The notes below the pieces were generated by a model. The model was not told the origin of the DNA. It was given only the letters and a program-made list of their open reading frames with translations, and did no database searches. This document shows, one piece after another, positions 38,208-49,815 of a DNA stretch of 64,000 nucleotides. The position numbers and the translations under genes were made by a program. The stretch comes from Takakia lepidozioides (lineage: Eukaryota; Plantae; Bryophyta), in contig CM060731.1 of the NCBI GenBank assembly GCA_030704615.1, forward strand, positions 4,898,001 through 4,962,000, read 5' to 3'. Positions within the stretch are counted from its first letter, which is position 1, and each line of letters starts with the position of its first letter.

Positions 38208-41200
38208 ATGGGAAAGCCAAACAAACGCAGCAAGTGGTTGAAGGCTGTTAAGAAGGTTTTCAGGTCACCGTCCAAGGACAAGTCTGATGACGCAGATGAA
38301 CCAGTAATGAGTTACACCACTTTCTCCTGGATGGTATCGCATAATAACTTTGATTAAAGCAAATGGTTCCTTGAACTTCCATCCTGTTTAGAGGTTGTCT
38401 ATCTGTTTTTCCACTAGTTCTTTTGGCAGTCACGAAGATTGATTGGAGGTCCTATCGAAGGAGTCAACAACTTCATATACAAGTTCCTGAAGATCTAACT
38501 GCTTGCTTAACTGCTGTGATTGATCCCCAGAAAAACTCTACCAAGGAGAGTCACCGGTCCAGCCTGGAAAGATCCTTGGCACCAAATCCAGTGCCAACAC
38601 CCCTTCCACTTCCTTCTGTACAAAATGTGGGATTTATCGGGGCTGAGCGAGAGCAAGGCAAGCAACCCTTAGCTGTAGAGAAGAATGAATGTCAGCAGGG
38701 GGACGAGGAGAAGGACAATACGGAGGAAGTTCTCCAGTGCACCAGCAGTGAACAGTCTGAAGATGAGCTGCATGAAGAGGACAGTAGTCGTGAAGAATGG
38801 GCAGCTAGCAAGATTCAGCGAACTTTTCATGGCCACTTGGTATGTGGGCACACCTTTGGCATGGGCAATCATGGTGGCAGGACGGGGTAAAGGGGGACCT
38901 TTTGTGATAGGTTAAAGGAGGGGGTGAGAGAGGTCCATGGGAAGCTGAGATTGGGAGAGCCTTGTTTCTGATAGGAGAAAAGTATGTTGGAGTTAAACGT
39001 CTCCTCTGTTTGCATCTGCTCCTGCTGTGAAGAGATATAAGCAGTTGACTAAAAAATTCAATTCTTGTGGTGTTTACCGTGTCTGGGGTCGGCGGGCACT
39101 ACGGGCTCTGAAAGGGCTGGTCAGGCTACAAGCATTGGTTCGTGGGCACACTGTTAGAAGGCAAGCTGCTGCAACCCTGCGCGCTGTGGAAGCTCTTGTC
39201 CATGTCCAGGCTTTACACCGTGGCCGTCGGGTAAGGATGTCAGAGGAGGGCCAGGCTGTACAACTTCACATCATGCAATGCCGCCAACTCAGCTCTCATT
39301 GCACCAAAGCTGCAGTATGATTTTTCTCACCATATCTGTCTCCCTACCTCGCCTTAACATGGGCCCTTGGCACCCTGTTGATGTAATGGACATTCTTTCA
39401 TTCTGTCTTTCTACATGAGGCTCTCCACTTGGGATAATCACTTAGAGAATCTCTCAGAGTGGAATTTGTAAGTTTAATGGTCGTGGTGGGTGGTTCTTGG
39501 GTGCCTGGCTATTCTGTCTTGCTTTCTATTTTCCTGATCAACTAATGTTATGGTACCACTACCTATGAGAGGACTTCAGGAAAGAATATCAGCGGGTTGC
39601 CTTTTCCTTGAGCTTCAAGTGAATGCTATGAGGTTCTTTCTTTCTGTCCTCTGATGGCACTGTGACTGGGAGTGTCATCCCAGCCTTTGAGGCAGCTATG
39701 TACCTGTGTCGGAAATCATTCTTCTACCCAGAACCCAGCAATTTCACCTTCACACTCTCGTCTAAAGCTTAAACACACTGTCCCTTCCTGCTCTTTTGAG
39801 ATGCCCCAGACAATGTGCCAGGGCTTGATCTCTGGGCTGGCTATGTGAACCAATTGATGCGATTGTTCGGTGCACTCTTGAGGAGATGTGGAAAACCAGA
39901 ATCAATACATGTAAGTTCCATTATGGGAGCAAGCCTTCTGCAATGTAGTGTCCCCCATTTCTGCTCTCGATCCCTCTCCTACACTATTCTGTTGAGACAA
40001 ATGGTCTATGGCCAGATTTCTGCAGCTAGAAAAGTCTAATGAGTCTCTTTCTTCCAGACATGACCGCAACAGACTCATTAGGAGAGAGCTTATGGAATTA
40101 CATGTCAAGAGAACTTGGAAGCTACCCAATCTCACGACAAAGCTCCACTTCTATCGAGAGACATTCTTGGTGCTCCGCGATGATAGAATCTTGAGACCAA
40201 ATTACCTTTCAGCACCCTTATCTCCTTCCCTCCTGAGGGCATTGGGGGTGTTCAGGGTGGGTTCCCACAACCTACGGATAGAGACTGGCAGATGGGAAAA
40301 CCTGCAACGGGAGGACCGCCTATGTCCAGCTTGCATAGGGCGCCGCAAGGAAATTGAAACTGAAGAACACTTCTGCCCTCTATACTACGAGATCCGTGGG
40401 AGATTCCACTGTTTATTCAGTGGAACCCAAACTCTCACTGATGTCTTCCACTATGAGGATCAAAAATGCTTGGCAGCCTACCTGCACGAGGCCTTCACCC
40501 TTAGACAATTGCTAGAACATTAATTGTGGTTCATGTTTTCTTTCATTTTGTCCCATAAGCTCTATGAGCTTTCCGCGGACGTTATAAAGCACCATTTCAT
40601 TTCATTTCATTTCATTTCCAGGCAAATTTTTATGTTCTTGAAGTGCTTTCCGTGTTTGCTGCTTTGTTGAGGGCCTCCTATGGACATTATAAATTTTTTC
40701 AACACAAGGATCAGAGATGCTTACCTAGCCGCTTATTTACACAAGGCATCTCCACATTATGAAATCGCTCAAAGTTGAATTCTAATCTGATGGGTGTGGT
40801 GGCTGGTTGTTGGGGGCCCCACTTTTCTGTCCTGTTTACTCTTTTCCTTTGTACTGAAAGTCTTTGTAGACAGTGTAAAGTTCTTTTCTTCTTTCTTTCT
40901 GCGGACGTTATAAAGTACCATTTCATTTCCTTTCATTTCTTCTTCCTCAGGTCTTATCCTCCTGCTTCTTGGATCTAACTGCATGTGCTGGGAGACTTGT
41001 TGGATGTCGTAATTGATGGTACTAAGACCAGGATACAGTAATCAATAGGCTCTAGTGTAAAACCTTTTCAACTTGGAAATCTACGTGATGGTTATGTATG
41101 TTAGTGTTTAAGTTGGTTGCATTTAAAAAGGTTTTGTTGGGGGTGGACGTGTCTTGTCTTTCACAGGAAGGTAGCTTGGATGCAAACAAGGGGACAGCAC

Positions 41201-42994
41201 AAGGTTTTGCGATAACACAAAGGCAAGAAGAATCTGACAAGCTGGAGCGAGCCATGTCCTACTCCTTTATTCGAAAGGTATATATCATCTCAACTGACAA
41301 AGATCCACTAGCTGAGTGGGTGATGTATGCATGTACTACTTGGCTTTGCTGAGTACTAGGAGCAGAGCCAAGAATGAGAATCTCTTTTGGTTTTTCACTT
41401 TCCATGTACAGAGATGGAAAGTATTGATACCTAAGTTTATGTAGGAATTATAGTCCATGAAAAGAGAGATTGCCATTCTGGAAAAATGTACACCTTTGTT
41501 GACTGGGCCTTGCAAGTTCAATGCAAATTCTGAATTAATTGACTTATCAGACATCTGCACACTAGTGTAAGAGAACTTCTGGTGAAATGCAGAATACAGT
41601 AGTTGATTTATTTTCTGTGCTCGTGCAAGTTTTTGAGAATTCTCATAGCCTTAACAAAATGTGCCTTCATGAACTGAATTCTCTGTTGGCCTGTGTTCAC
41701 AATTTGCTCTGAAGCTGAAGCAAAGTGCACCAAAACGCACCGTGCTGTTCATCGACTGCGAACCTGACCAACCTCACTGGGGTTGGAGCTGGCTGGATCG
41801 ATGGATGGCTTCTCGTCCTTGGGAAAATCATTATTTTCTTGACATCAAAGATGTCTCTGTAAGTGTTCCATGTGACAAGCTTTCTGGAAACAGCAGAAAA
41901 CAGGTAGTACAGCCACATACCGACTGTCAGTCATCACCACATGTCCCCCAGTCTGTAAGGCCCAGCTCGACATTCCGATCAATCACTGTGGCCAAATCTG
42001 TTCCTGTCCCCCTTCCACCTCCACCTTGTGAAGGGCCATTACCAGTTGCCAAGGCATCCCTGAATACACCACATTGTTTGCCCAAGCCACTACCCCTACA
42101 AGTGTCTCTGGCCTCACCTAAGCAAGAGGACTCTGAGCTGGTGCACCTGTCCCCAGAAGAGCCAGTATCGCCAGTTTCAGACGACTCCCTTCCAGTGCCT
42201 CCATCACCACCATATTCAGACGATTCCTTGCCAGTGCCTCCTTCCCCGCCAGGTTCGGACAACTCATTGCCAGTGCCTCCATCTCCACCAGTTCCGTCCT
42301 CTCCACATACGCAATGGTCTGCAATGCTGCCAGGGTGTCCCTCACCTGAAGATTATGTGTCCAAGGAAGTGTCATCAAATGGGCTAACATTGGTTCAGAG
42401 CCCCAGCATCTCTGCCTTCAATGGAGCATATATAGTTGGCGAAGAGGAAGGTGTGGACAAAGCACAAGGTAATGATCCTCGTGTCTTAGGTTCTCATCTT
42501 TTATCAAGTGATTTCCTAACCTCCGTCTGTGATTGTGCGGTTTTCTAACACTCCAGGTGTTTTTCATATTCCCCCTTCTGGATATTGTAGATGTGTACTA
42601 AATAACCTGTGATTCTCATTTGTTACAAGCATGTAGTCAAACATAGGTGAGATCTGGACAAATTATGCCTGTTTGATTTGTTTTGCTTCAAAATGAACAT
42701 GCAGGCAACAAAGAATTTGAGGCAGGTCACAACAACACTCTGAATCATGATAAGACAGGAGACAATGGGAATACCAGCCTACAGTCAAGTTCCAAAGGCA
42801 CAACAAGCCGCTATATGGCTGCTACAGAATCTGCAAAAGCCAAGTTTCGGTCACTCAGTAGCCCCAAGAGTAGGACCATTGAGACAGTGCCGTCACCTGC
42901 CAAGCAGCAAACGCGTCTCTCTCTTGGAGGTGCCCAAATGGGCAAGCCTGACCCCCCCGGGGGGACCTCTCACACACAGCGTTCCAACTCACAG
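38208..42994 (+). CDS. IQD: IQ67-domain (IQD) calmodulin-binding protein. Exons 38208-38303, 38531-38839, 39087(or 39045)-39314, 41167-41277, 41715-42468, 42705-42994; last exon unresolved
   Basis: [13 protein letters not shown]; IQ67 domain [13 protein letters not shown]|[27 protein letters not shown]; ERAMSYSF; [16 protein letters not shown]; DUF4005-type [14 protein letters not shown]. Confidence 0.88.
39650..39960 (+). mobile_element. Old, diverged relative of the LINE family A 3' end
   Basis: Translates ..[19 protein letters not shown] versus family A ..IDACVKGFLEDIWKTRINS. Boundaries are approximate. Confidence 0.5.
39990..40617 (+). mobile_element. LINE family B (RTEX-like) 3' fragment with a (CATTT)5 tail, in an IQD intron
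   Basis: ORF 40008-40523 contains [36 protein letters not shown] (RTEX-type C-terminus). Tail at 40593-40617. Confidence 0.85.
42177..42295 (+). repeat. 39-bp coding tandem repeat x3 ([13 protein letters not shown]) in IQD
   Basis: Visible in both the DNA and the translation. Confidence 0.85.
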
Positions 42995-43499
42995 GTAAGA
43001 CATCAGTGTTTGTTTTGCTTCTTCCACTTGTGATAGCACATTTACTCTTTGTCAAACCCCGTTGTATACAAGAGCTCAGGTAACAAATGCTAAAAATTGG
43101 ACAAATATGGACAAATAATGCCTCAGCCAGTACTGATCTTGGCATCATTCAAAAGTTAGTTGTAACATGTTATGTGGTATAGTAAATTCACACTCCAATT
43201 AATGCTTATAGTGAGAGAAGGAGAGCACCTTGGAGGCACCATTGCAGCAAAGTACAGTCTCTGGAGGGCCAGGCTTATGTATTGATCCAACTCTGAGAAG
43301 GTTCACTCAGAGTTGGTAGCACTCTTTGAAAGCCAAGGATAGGTTTCTTCAACTCCAGGAAATTGTCACTTGGATTTTCAATGGTTAGCAGTTACTACTT
43401 GTTCAAATTAGATTTTGGAGCGGGGAGAACAATGTCAGATTTTACGGTCAGCCCCTATCAGCACATCATGTCCTAATACGTTGAAAAGCTTAAAAAGTA

Positions 43500-44401
43500 T
43501 GTTAGAGTTGACTAATGTCTTACTAGCCCAGGTGGTGCAGCTGAAAGCATAACCTTTGGCCTCTTGTGTCAAGCTTTGGTACTAGTTCACTCTTCGTTAC
43601 TCAATTACCAGGACTGTTGTGCTTCCCGAAGTTTATTGGTGGATAAATGGAAGGTTTGAGGCTAAAAGTGTGAGTGATCCACCATCTGAAGTTAGGCATG
43701 GCATATGGAAGTAATGAAACCTCGTGCTGAACAATGTCTCTACCTGCCATCATGGTACCAAGCTAATTTTCCTCATAAGAGTTATGTGGGGGTTCCTGGT
43801 GTTTCTCTCTAGAACTCTCTCTTCTGTGGATCCCTCTCAAGTTACTCTATATACCATCTCTACATACACTAAACAAACTTTTTTACCATCTCGAGGTGAA
43901 TTGAGTATTACTCACTGACCAGGATGTAAATCTCATTCATCCAAACCAGGTCGGTAGGTAGTCGACAAGCTCCCTATTTTGGGCTATATTTGCAGTCTGA
44001 ACTGAGGTGTTGTGGAGTGTGCTTAGCAACAACATTTGTATTGTACTTACTCTCAGACACTTATGGTCCCAGGTGCGAACGAGTCTCAAGGGGGGGCTCT
44101 ACAAAGAGAAGTCTTTTGAGCTTGGCACCCAATCACCCAGCCGGAGAAATTCTCTTGGAGGGGAGGCTAGCAATAATAAGCCCATTGTCAAATGGAGGTA
44201 ACTGGTTGAGCCCCCTATTGGGTCAAGCCTGTCACGCTGTTTTGCAAGCAGGTTTTAGCTTCCTCCATATGGAACTTAAGTTTGTCGGACTCGCCGCACA
44301 AAAGGTCATATGTTGGTTGGAGTACTCTTCATGTTGTAGCATCTCACAACAGGTGAGGAGGTGTATCCCCTCTTTTGACTGATATGGTGTCAGGTCTAAC
44401 A
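43500..44401. mobile_element. Solo LTR, about 900 bp
   Basis: Ends TGTTAGA...TCTAACA (7-bp inverted termini). Flanks AAGTA and AAGTT (4/5 TSD match). No ORF. Confidence 0.65.
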
Positions 44402-44749
44402 AAGTTTTGGAGATGTCACAGAAGTCTTTAAAGAGAGAGGGGGGGGTTGGAGTGGAACTCCATGCACTAATATATGATTCGTTGGCATTGTAATGCCTGG
44501 CAACTCTTGCATTGTGAGCCAGTTTCCTGGCCTTACAGTCACCTCCACTTCTTTTGGTAAGTAAGAAGCAGGTTTGTGTTGTCCAGCAGTCTGCCCAGCA
44601 AGCAGTTCATAGTGCCTCTGATGGTAGTTTGAAATTGAGATCCACTTTGTGAATGCACCTAATGCTTCCACATAAGTAACTTGTCAATTTGACTGGGATT
44701 ATTGGGACATTTTGTTGTGTTGTAGTTCGAAGTTCAGGTACTAACCGGT

Positions 44750-45436
44750 TTGAAGTGGAACTTTATAACGGCCGCAGAAAGCTCAAAGAGCTATGGGACA
44801 AAACAAAAGCAAGAAACAAAAAATATAATAGAAGACTGTGAAGCCAGAAGCAGCCCAAAAGCAACTACTGCTCAAGGGATCGCCTAAAGGGCCAAAGCTT
44901 CGTGCAGTTAATCTGCTTCTGATCCTCATAATGGAAGACTTCTGTGAGAAATGAAATGAAATGAAATGGTGCTTTATAACGTCCGCGGGTTGTCACCGAA
45001 GTGACAGTGGAATCTCCAATGGATCTGATAGTGAAGAGGGTAGTAAGAGAAGTGTTCTTCAGTTTCAAGAAAGGAGGCAAAGACAGAAAAATATTCTTAT
45101 GATCATCAGAGAGGAAACAACACTCTCATTCATAGACACGAGAGAATGTACTCATAAGCCGACGTTTGCCGTAGCCTTTTGACCCCGTGCCCAGTTTGAG
45201 CGGAACAGACACGAGAGAGAGCGAGAGAGAGAACGAAATGAAATGAAATGGTGCTTTATAATGTCCGCAGAAAGCTCATACAGCTTATGGGACAAAATGG
45301 AAGAAAGCATGAGAGAGGAACAAATCCAGAACCCAAGAATAAGAACTAATGTTCTAGCGATTGTCTAAGGGCGAAGGCCTCATGCAGGTAGGCTGCAGAG
45401 AGAGAAATGAAAAGAAATGGAATGGTGCTTTATACG
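44750..45436 (-). mobile_element. Cluster of four family B 3' fragments (~44750-44948, 44948-44987, 45232-45396, 45405-45436)
   Basis: Repeated (GAAAT)n-GGTGCTTTATAACGTCCGC.GAAAGCTC..GAGCTTATGGGACAAAA. Confidence 0.85.
45146..45206 (-). mobile_element. Older family A 3'-end mini-insertion with an internal deletion
   Basis: 12-bp TSD AGACACGAGAGA at 45134-45145 and 45207-45218. 5' end reads G-TTCC(C)GCTCAAACTGG. Confidence 0.85.
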
Positions 45437-46665
45437 AGCGAGAGAGAGAGAGAGAGACATCTGCAGGATGGAGGCAAGTTCAATGAGATTATCTCTATGC
45501 TCTGCCCTTAAGGCGGACTTAGTAAACTTCATGGTCCCTGCATGACAAAAAAAATGCCTAGATTGTGAGATTAAGTTGATCCCAGATAGTTTTTCCCTCA
45601 TAATAAGCCCTGGTGGAAACTAAAGAACCACTGAAAACAGAATTCTAGAGTTGTGAGAATTACAGAAGTAATGAAGTAGCTCACACTGCAAGCTCAGGCA
45701 CTTCCAAGTTGTGTCAAGAAAAGTGGTCAAGGGATGGAACCCCAACCATGTATAACTATGGGGCACTCGAAAGAAAAATGTTATTAGTCAGAGCTCTGTG
45801 GCAAATGTACCAAGAGACAAGAATGTCGTACCAAAAACTCGAGAGCCAGACACTGCCAATTCCTCAATATGCCCTAATAGCTATTAGTGGGATACTGCTA
45901 ACATATCCCAATCTGACTATCTCCTATCCACCAGGGTTTGGAAGCTGTAATGCCATACACACAGATAACAAAAATTGGGTTACAGAGCGCAAGCATTATG
46001 GGTGGTAAACAACAGGTAAACAAGCATAAGGAACATCACAGACAAAGTTCAAAGCAAGAGGTTTATCATGTCAGTAGACATGTTCCCCAGTTTATTATGC
46101 ATATGACACTTTTGTCAATGGTGGCGTGCACCCCTTTGATTTGTGGGAGGGGGGGCCCTCGGGGATGCACATGCTGTTATGAAGAAACAAGACATTCAGT
46201 TTCTGTCTGTTTCTACCTCTACAAATGGTGGTAATTTTCGGTAAACACTTTCTGCCCTTACTAATCATCTTATGGGGCAGGATTTTATACAGCAGAACCT
46301 ACCGTAGTAAAAGGAGTCTAACCTCATCAAAATGAACCTCCATAAGTAGCATGGCCCTCATGGCTGTCCCTATGGATCTTTTCTCATAGAGTGAGGAGCA
46401 GATAATCATGGGAGAGCAAGGCCCACTAAAAGAAAGCTCTTTCTTCTACTTTCCAAACCTATGTGACAACCTGCATGTCACACAAACTAGTTTGATTCGC
46501 ATTGTTGTCTCTCTCTAGGCATCTTGGCAGCACCTATGGTGGACGTCTTTTTACCAAATCACCAAAAATATTCTCACACCCAAATCCTTATGTTACAAGA
46601 TAAAACTCACTACACTCCAACTCTGTTTCTCCCAGTACCATGGACTGGCAACAAAGATACTGCCA

Positions 46666-49600
46666 TCAAACCCCAGTCTCTGTGAACAAATCCAATAGCT
46701 CCAGTGTCTGCATGCATAGAGATAAGTCAACAACGGCAGTACATCACTTCCAGAAATAAGGATGAATAAACATGCCGTAAAAAGGGAGAGCACAGATAGC
46801 AGTGAAACCAGTAAGGAGAAAAGTGAGATCACAGGAGAGGGAAAGAGAGAGGGAGAGGACCTCTGGAACAGAAAGCTGAAGGCGGAATTTTGGGCCATCA
46901 TAGTGGTGCAGCACAGGCCTGAAAGCATCCTCTTCCAGTGGCTTGCACTGTTGACGGATACGGATTCGTACCTGGAGATTGCCACAAAGAGAACCAGCCA
47001 GACGTGTTGGCTTCATTAGCAACTTCATGCCAGAGAGGAAGGTCAACAGTGGCCTGCATGCCCGCTAACTAGAAGTAACTGCAGTGCCTTTGATAGAGGT
47101 TGGCATACAGACACAAGCACATACCAATACCTTGTTTAAGTGGATGATTTAGTCTTGAAGAAAGACCCTTCAGCAGACAAGATCTCTCTCAAAGCCCTTC
47201 TGCACATCACCTCAACAGTACAATGAAACCATAAATTAAAGAAGAACACCCAGGTCAAAATATAACACCGACCTGAGCTGGGAATCTAGATTCACCACGA
47301 CATTTTTTGTCTTCCCAAGCTGTCGGATCTATATTAGAACCACCAAAACTCGAAGCCTGCAACCACAATACATGGTAGACCAGTGAATTCCTAATAGATG
47401 TGCATGGAGATTAGAAAGCTGGGAAAAAAGAACACCAAGGCACTACATCTAATACATGCCCCAGTTGAATCACATGCTCATATTTGTCTCCTCATCCCTT
47501 TGCCTGTACTGAAGGAAATGTCAACATCATACCGGATATGGTGTCCTCACTATTGAAAAAAGAACATTTGGAGCACAAACCCTGCCATCTCCATAACATA
47601 CTGGATTCACTTTTCGGACAAGAACAGTATATGCTAGACCTGTGATATTGCCAGCAGGTGCTTAAGGACTTGACAGGTTTAAGTAGTAGTCCGGCGGTCA
47701 TTGGTAAATCATTTCCAGGATTGCTTGGGGACAAAGTTTGTGGCATGGCAGCTGCCAAAATCACACCCAAGCACCCCGTTTCTTGGATCAGGCTAAACTG
47801 GAAGAAAATAAAGTAACAATGCACCATCCTGACATCAAGGATGACAGATATAGAATGCACCAAACCTGAGAGTCCCAACCCTGATGTAGGCAGCAACAGG
47901 AGGAAATATGCAAGTGCCCACCCCATGGGAAATGATCAGTCTGTCCCGAACCACAGAACACAGAACAAGATTCACAAGGGAGATTGATTGAAGCTTCAAC
48001 TCCAGCATACCTCAAAAATCCCATGAAGCTGGTGGGTGGTGTAGTTGTACAGAAAGAGAGGAAGGCCAGGTTGGATTGCACGGACTGAATCCCTGTATCT
48101 CTGTGGTAACCCTGCAATTGTTAGCAGCAATGTCTTTGTCAGAATCCATGTTCAGTTCAACCAAAAAAAGGATCTGCTACAGTTGTGTCATACTGAGAAC
48201 AAAGAATGGTATGTAGCTGCAGCCTCAGTTTCAGCACACATGCTGTGATGCTGTTCTGCAGAGGTAAAACTAGCTAACCGGACTTTCCATACCTACACCT
48301 CTCTCCCCTATTACATTTAATCAGGAAAATGATCTGAATTACAACTCCATCAATACATGCAAATGCTAACAAGCTTGGTCAGATACTAGAAACAGATCAT
48401 AAATTTGACCACTTCCTCCCATCAAACAAAATCTTCAGCTAAAACAACAACATCATCAAGTGCATGCTTATAAAAGACCGGAGAACAATTGCCCATTATG
48501 AAAAGAAATAAGTTTGACGTGATTCTGCAAACACAATTGGAAATGTAACGAGTACAAAATCTTCAACACAATTGACGTTGAATTCGACTGCGCATGGCTT
48601 TTCCTCCATCCACTTTTTCCACAGCTACATGAAGCTTACACGCTGTCTTCTCTCTTCTCTGTCCAGACGAGACTTACACGTGCACTCTATTCGTAAACTT
48701 TCCCGCTCAAACTGGGCGCGGGGTCAATGGCCACAAGGCTACGGCAAACAACGTCTTATGAGTACAATCTATTCGTAAACTGTACGCTCTCCAAATAAGG
48801 CATATCAAGTATATGAACCTGACTCACCAAAAAGTTGTCGCTTGAGATCTTCCTGCATGGTGTCATTGTTGCAAACAAATATGTAGCCTCCCAGCGTCTC
48901 ATGTCGCGGGAGCATCTCTGTGGGGGGAAGTGACTTGAATCGCTTGTCGTGACTGCTGGTGATCTGGAACGGGGTGTTTCCATTGAACACCCCAGTCATT
49001 GAGGCTGTGGTCGCCTTTTGCTCCCCGGAAGATTGTTTGCGCTCTCCGACTGATTGTTTTGAAGCCCGTCGGCCCTCTCCCACTGCTCTCTTGAACTCGC
49101 CCCCAGCCGCTTGCTTTGTGTCTCCCAGCTGGGTGAGTTGCCTGTCCAAAATCCCTGGCTGCCTAGTAGCGGCAGCAAGGGTGGTAGTCCAGTTCTGGTC
49201 CCCCGTTCCTTCTCCCGAACCCCCAGTTCCTTCCCCAAAAAGCCAGATCTGATATGGACGCGCCAGCGGTGCTGAGTTGAAGGACCTACGAGAGAAAAAG
49301 GTGCGAGAGGTGAGGTGCGCGACGCCTGAAACTTGCTGAAAAGAACCAGAACCTTGGTGAAAGAAACTAGGAAACACCAGCTACGATGATGGATAGTAGT
49401 GATCCGAGCCACGAGCCCTGACAAAGCTGAGTGCTCCCAGGCTTCAGCTGCTATTATATTCATTTAAAACTTCATGTAGTCCTTGATTGAGCCGTGCATC
49501 AGTTTCCCAAAGAGAAACCTGCCCTTTCTATCCAAGTAACGTCCTGTCGAAACATCGTCGAGAGCATTATCAGGGAAAATATGTCTCCAAGATAGTGCTT

Positions 49601-49815
49601 TGAATCAGATTTCTTGAGTCTGTTCGTCGTTTCCAGACAGGCACAATTTTAGTTTGCAGAGTGATGCACGCCAGGAGGAAGATAAACCCTGTACTCCTCC
49701 TAACACTTCAGATATCAAATCGCGCTTTCTTCGAATGCTAAGGCCTCACTCTTCACCTTGGCACGTACGAACAAGATATCTCTTCATTGAAGCCTGGTGA
49801 ATCAATTGTCTTCAT
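46666..49815 (-). CDS. DCD (development and cell death) domain protein, NRP/B2-type. Exons 49815-49757 (tentative), 49285-48828, 48111-48011, 47356-47273, 46971-46861, 46707-46666
   Basis: KRFKSLPPTE.LPR.ETLGGYIFVCNNDTMQEDLKRQLFGLPQRYRDSVRAIQPGLPLFLYNYTTHQLHGIFEASSFGGSNIDPTAWEDKKC.GESRFPAQVRIR..FRPVLHHYDGPKFRLQLSVPETLELLDLF. All introns are GT-AG and in phase. The first exon is less certain. Confidence 0.92.
48700..48767 (+). mobile_element. 68-bp family A 3'-end mini-insertion (DCD intron)
   Basis: Exact terminal 68 nt. 14-bp TSD TCTATTCGTAAACT at 48686-48699 and 48768-48781. Confidence 0.95.

Noticed and set aside
48700-48767. Known ribozyme (hammerhead or HDV) in the 68-nt unit
   Set aside because: No CUGANGA/GAAA core and no recognisable HDV double pseudoknot by eye. 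Only an assay could exclude a novel one.
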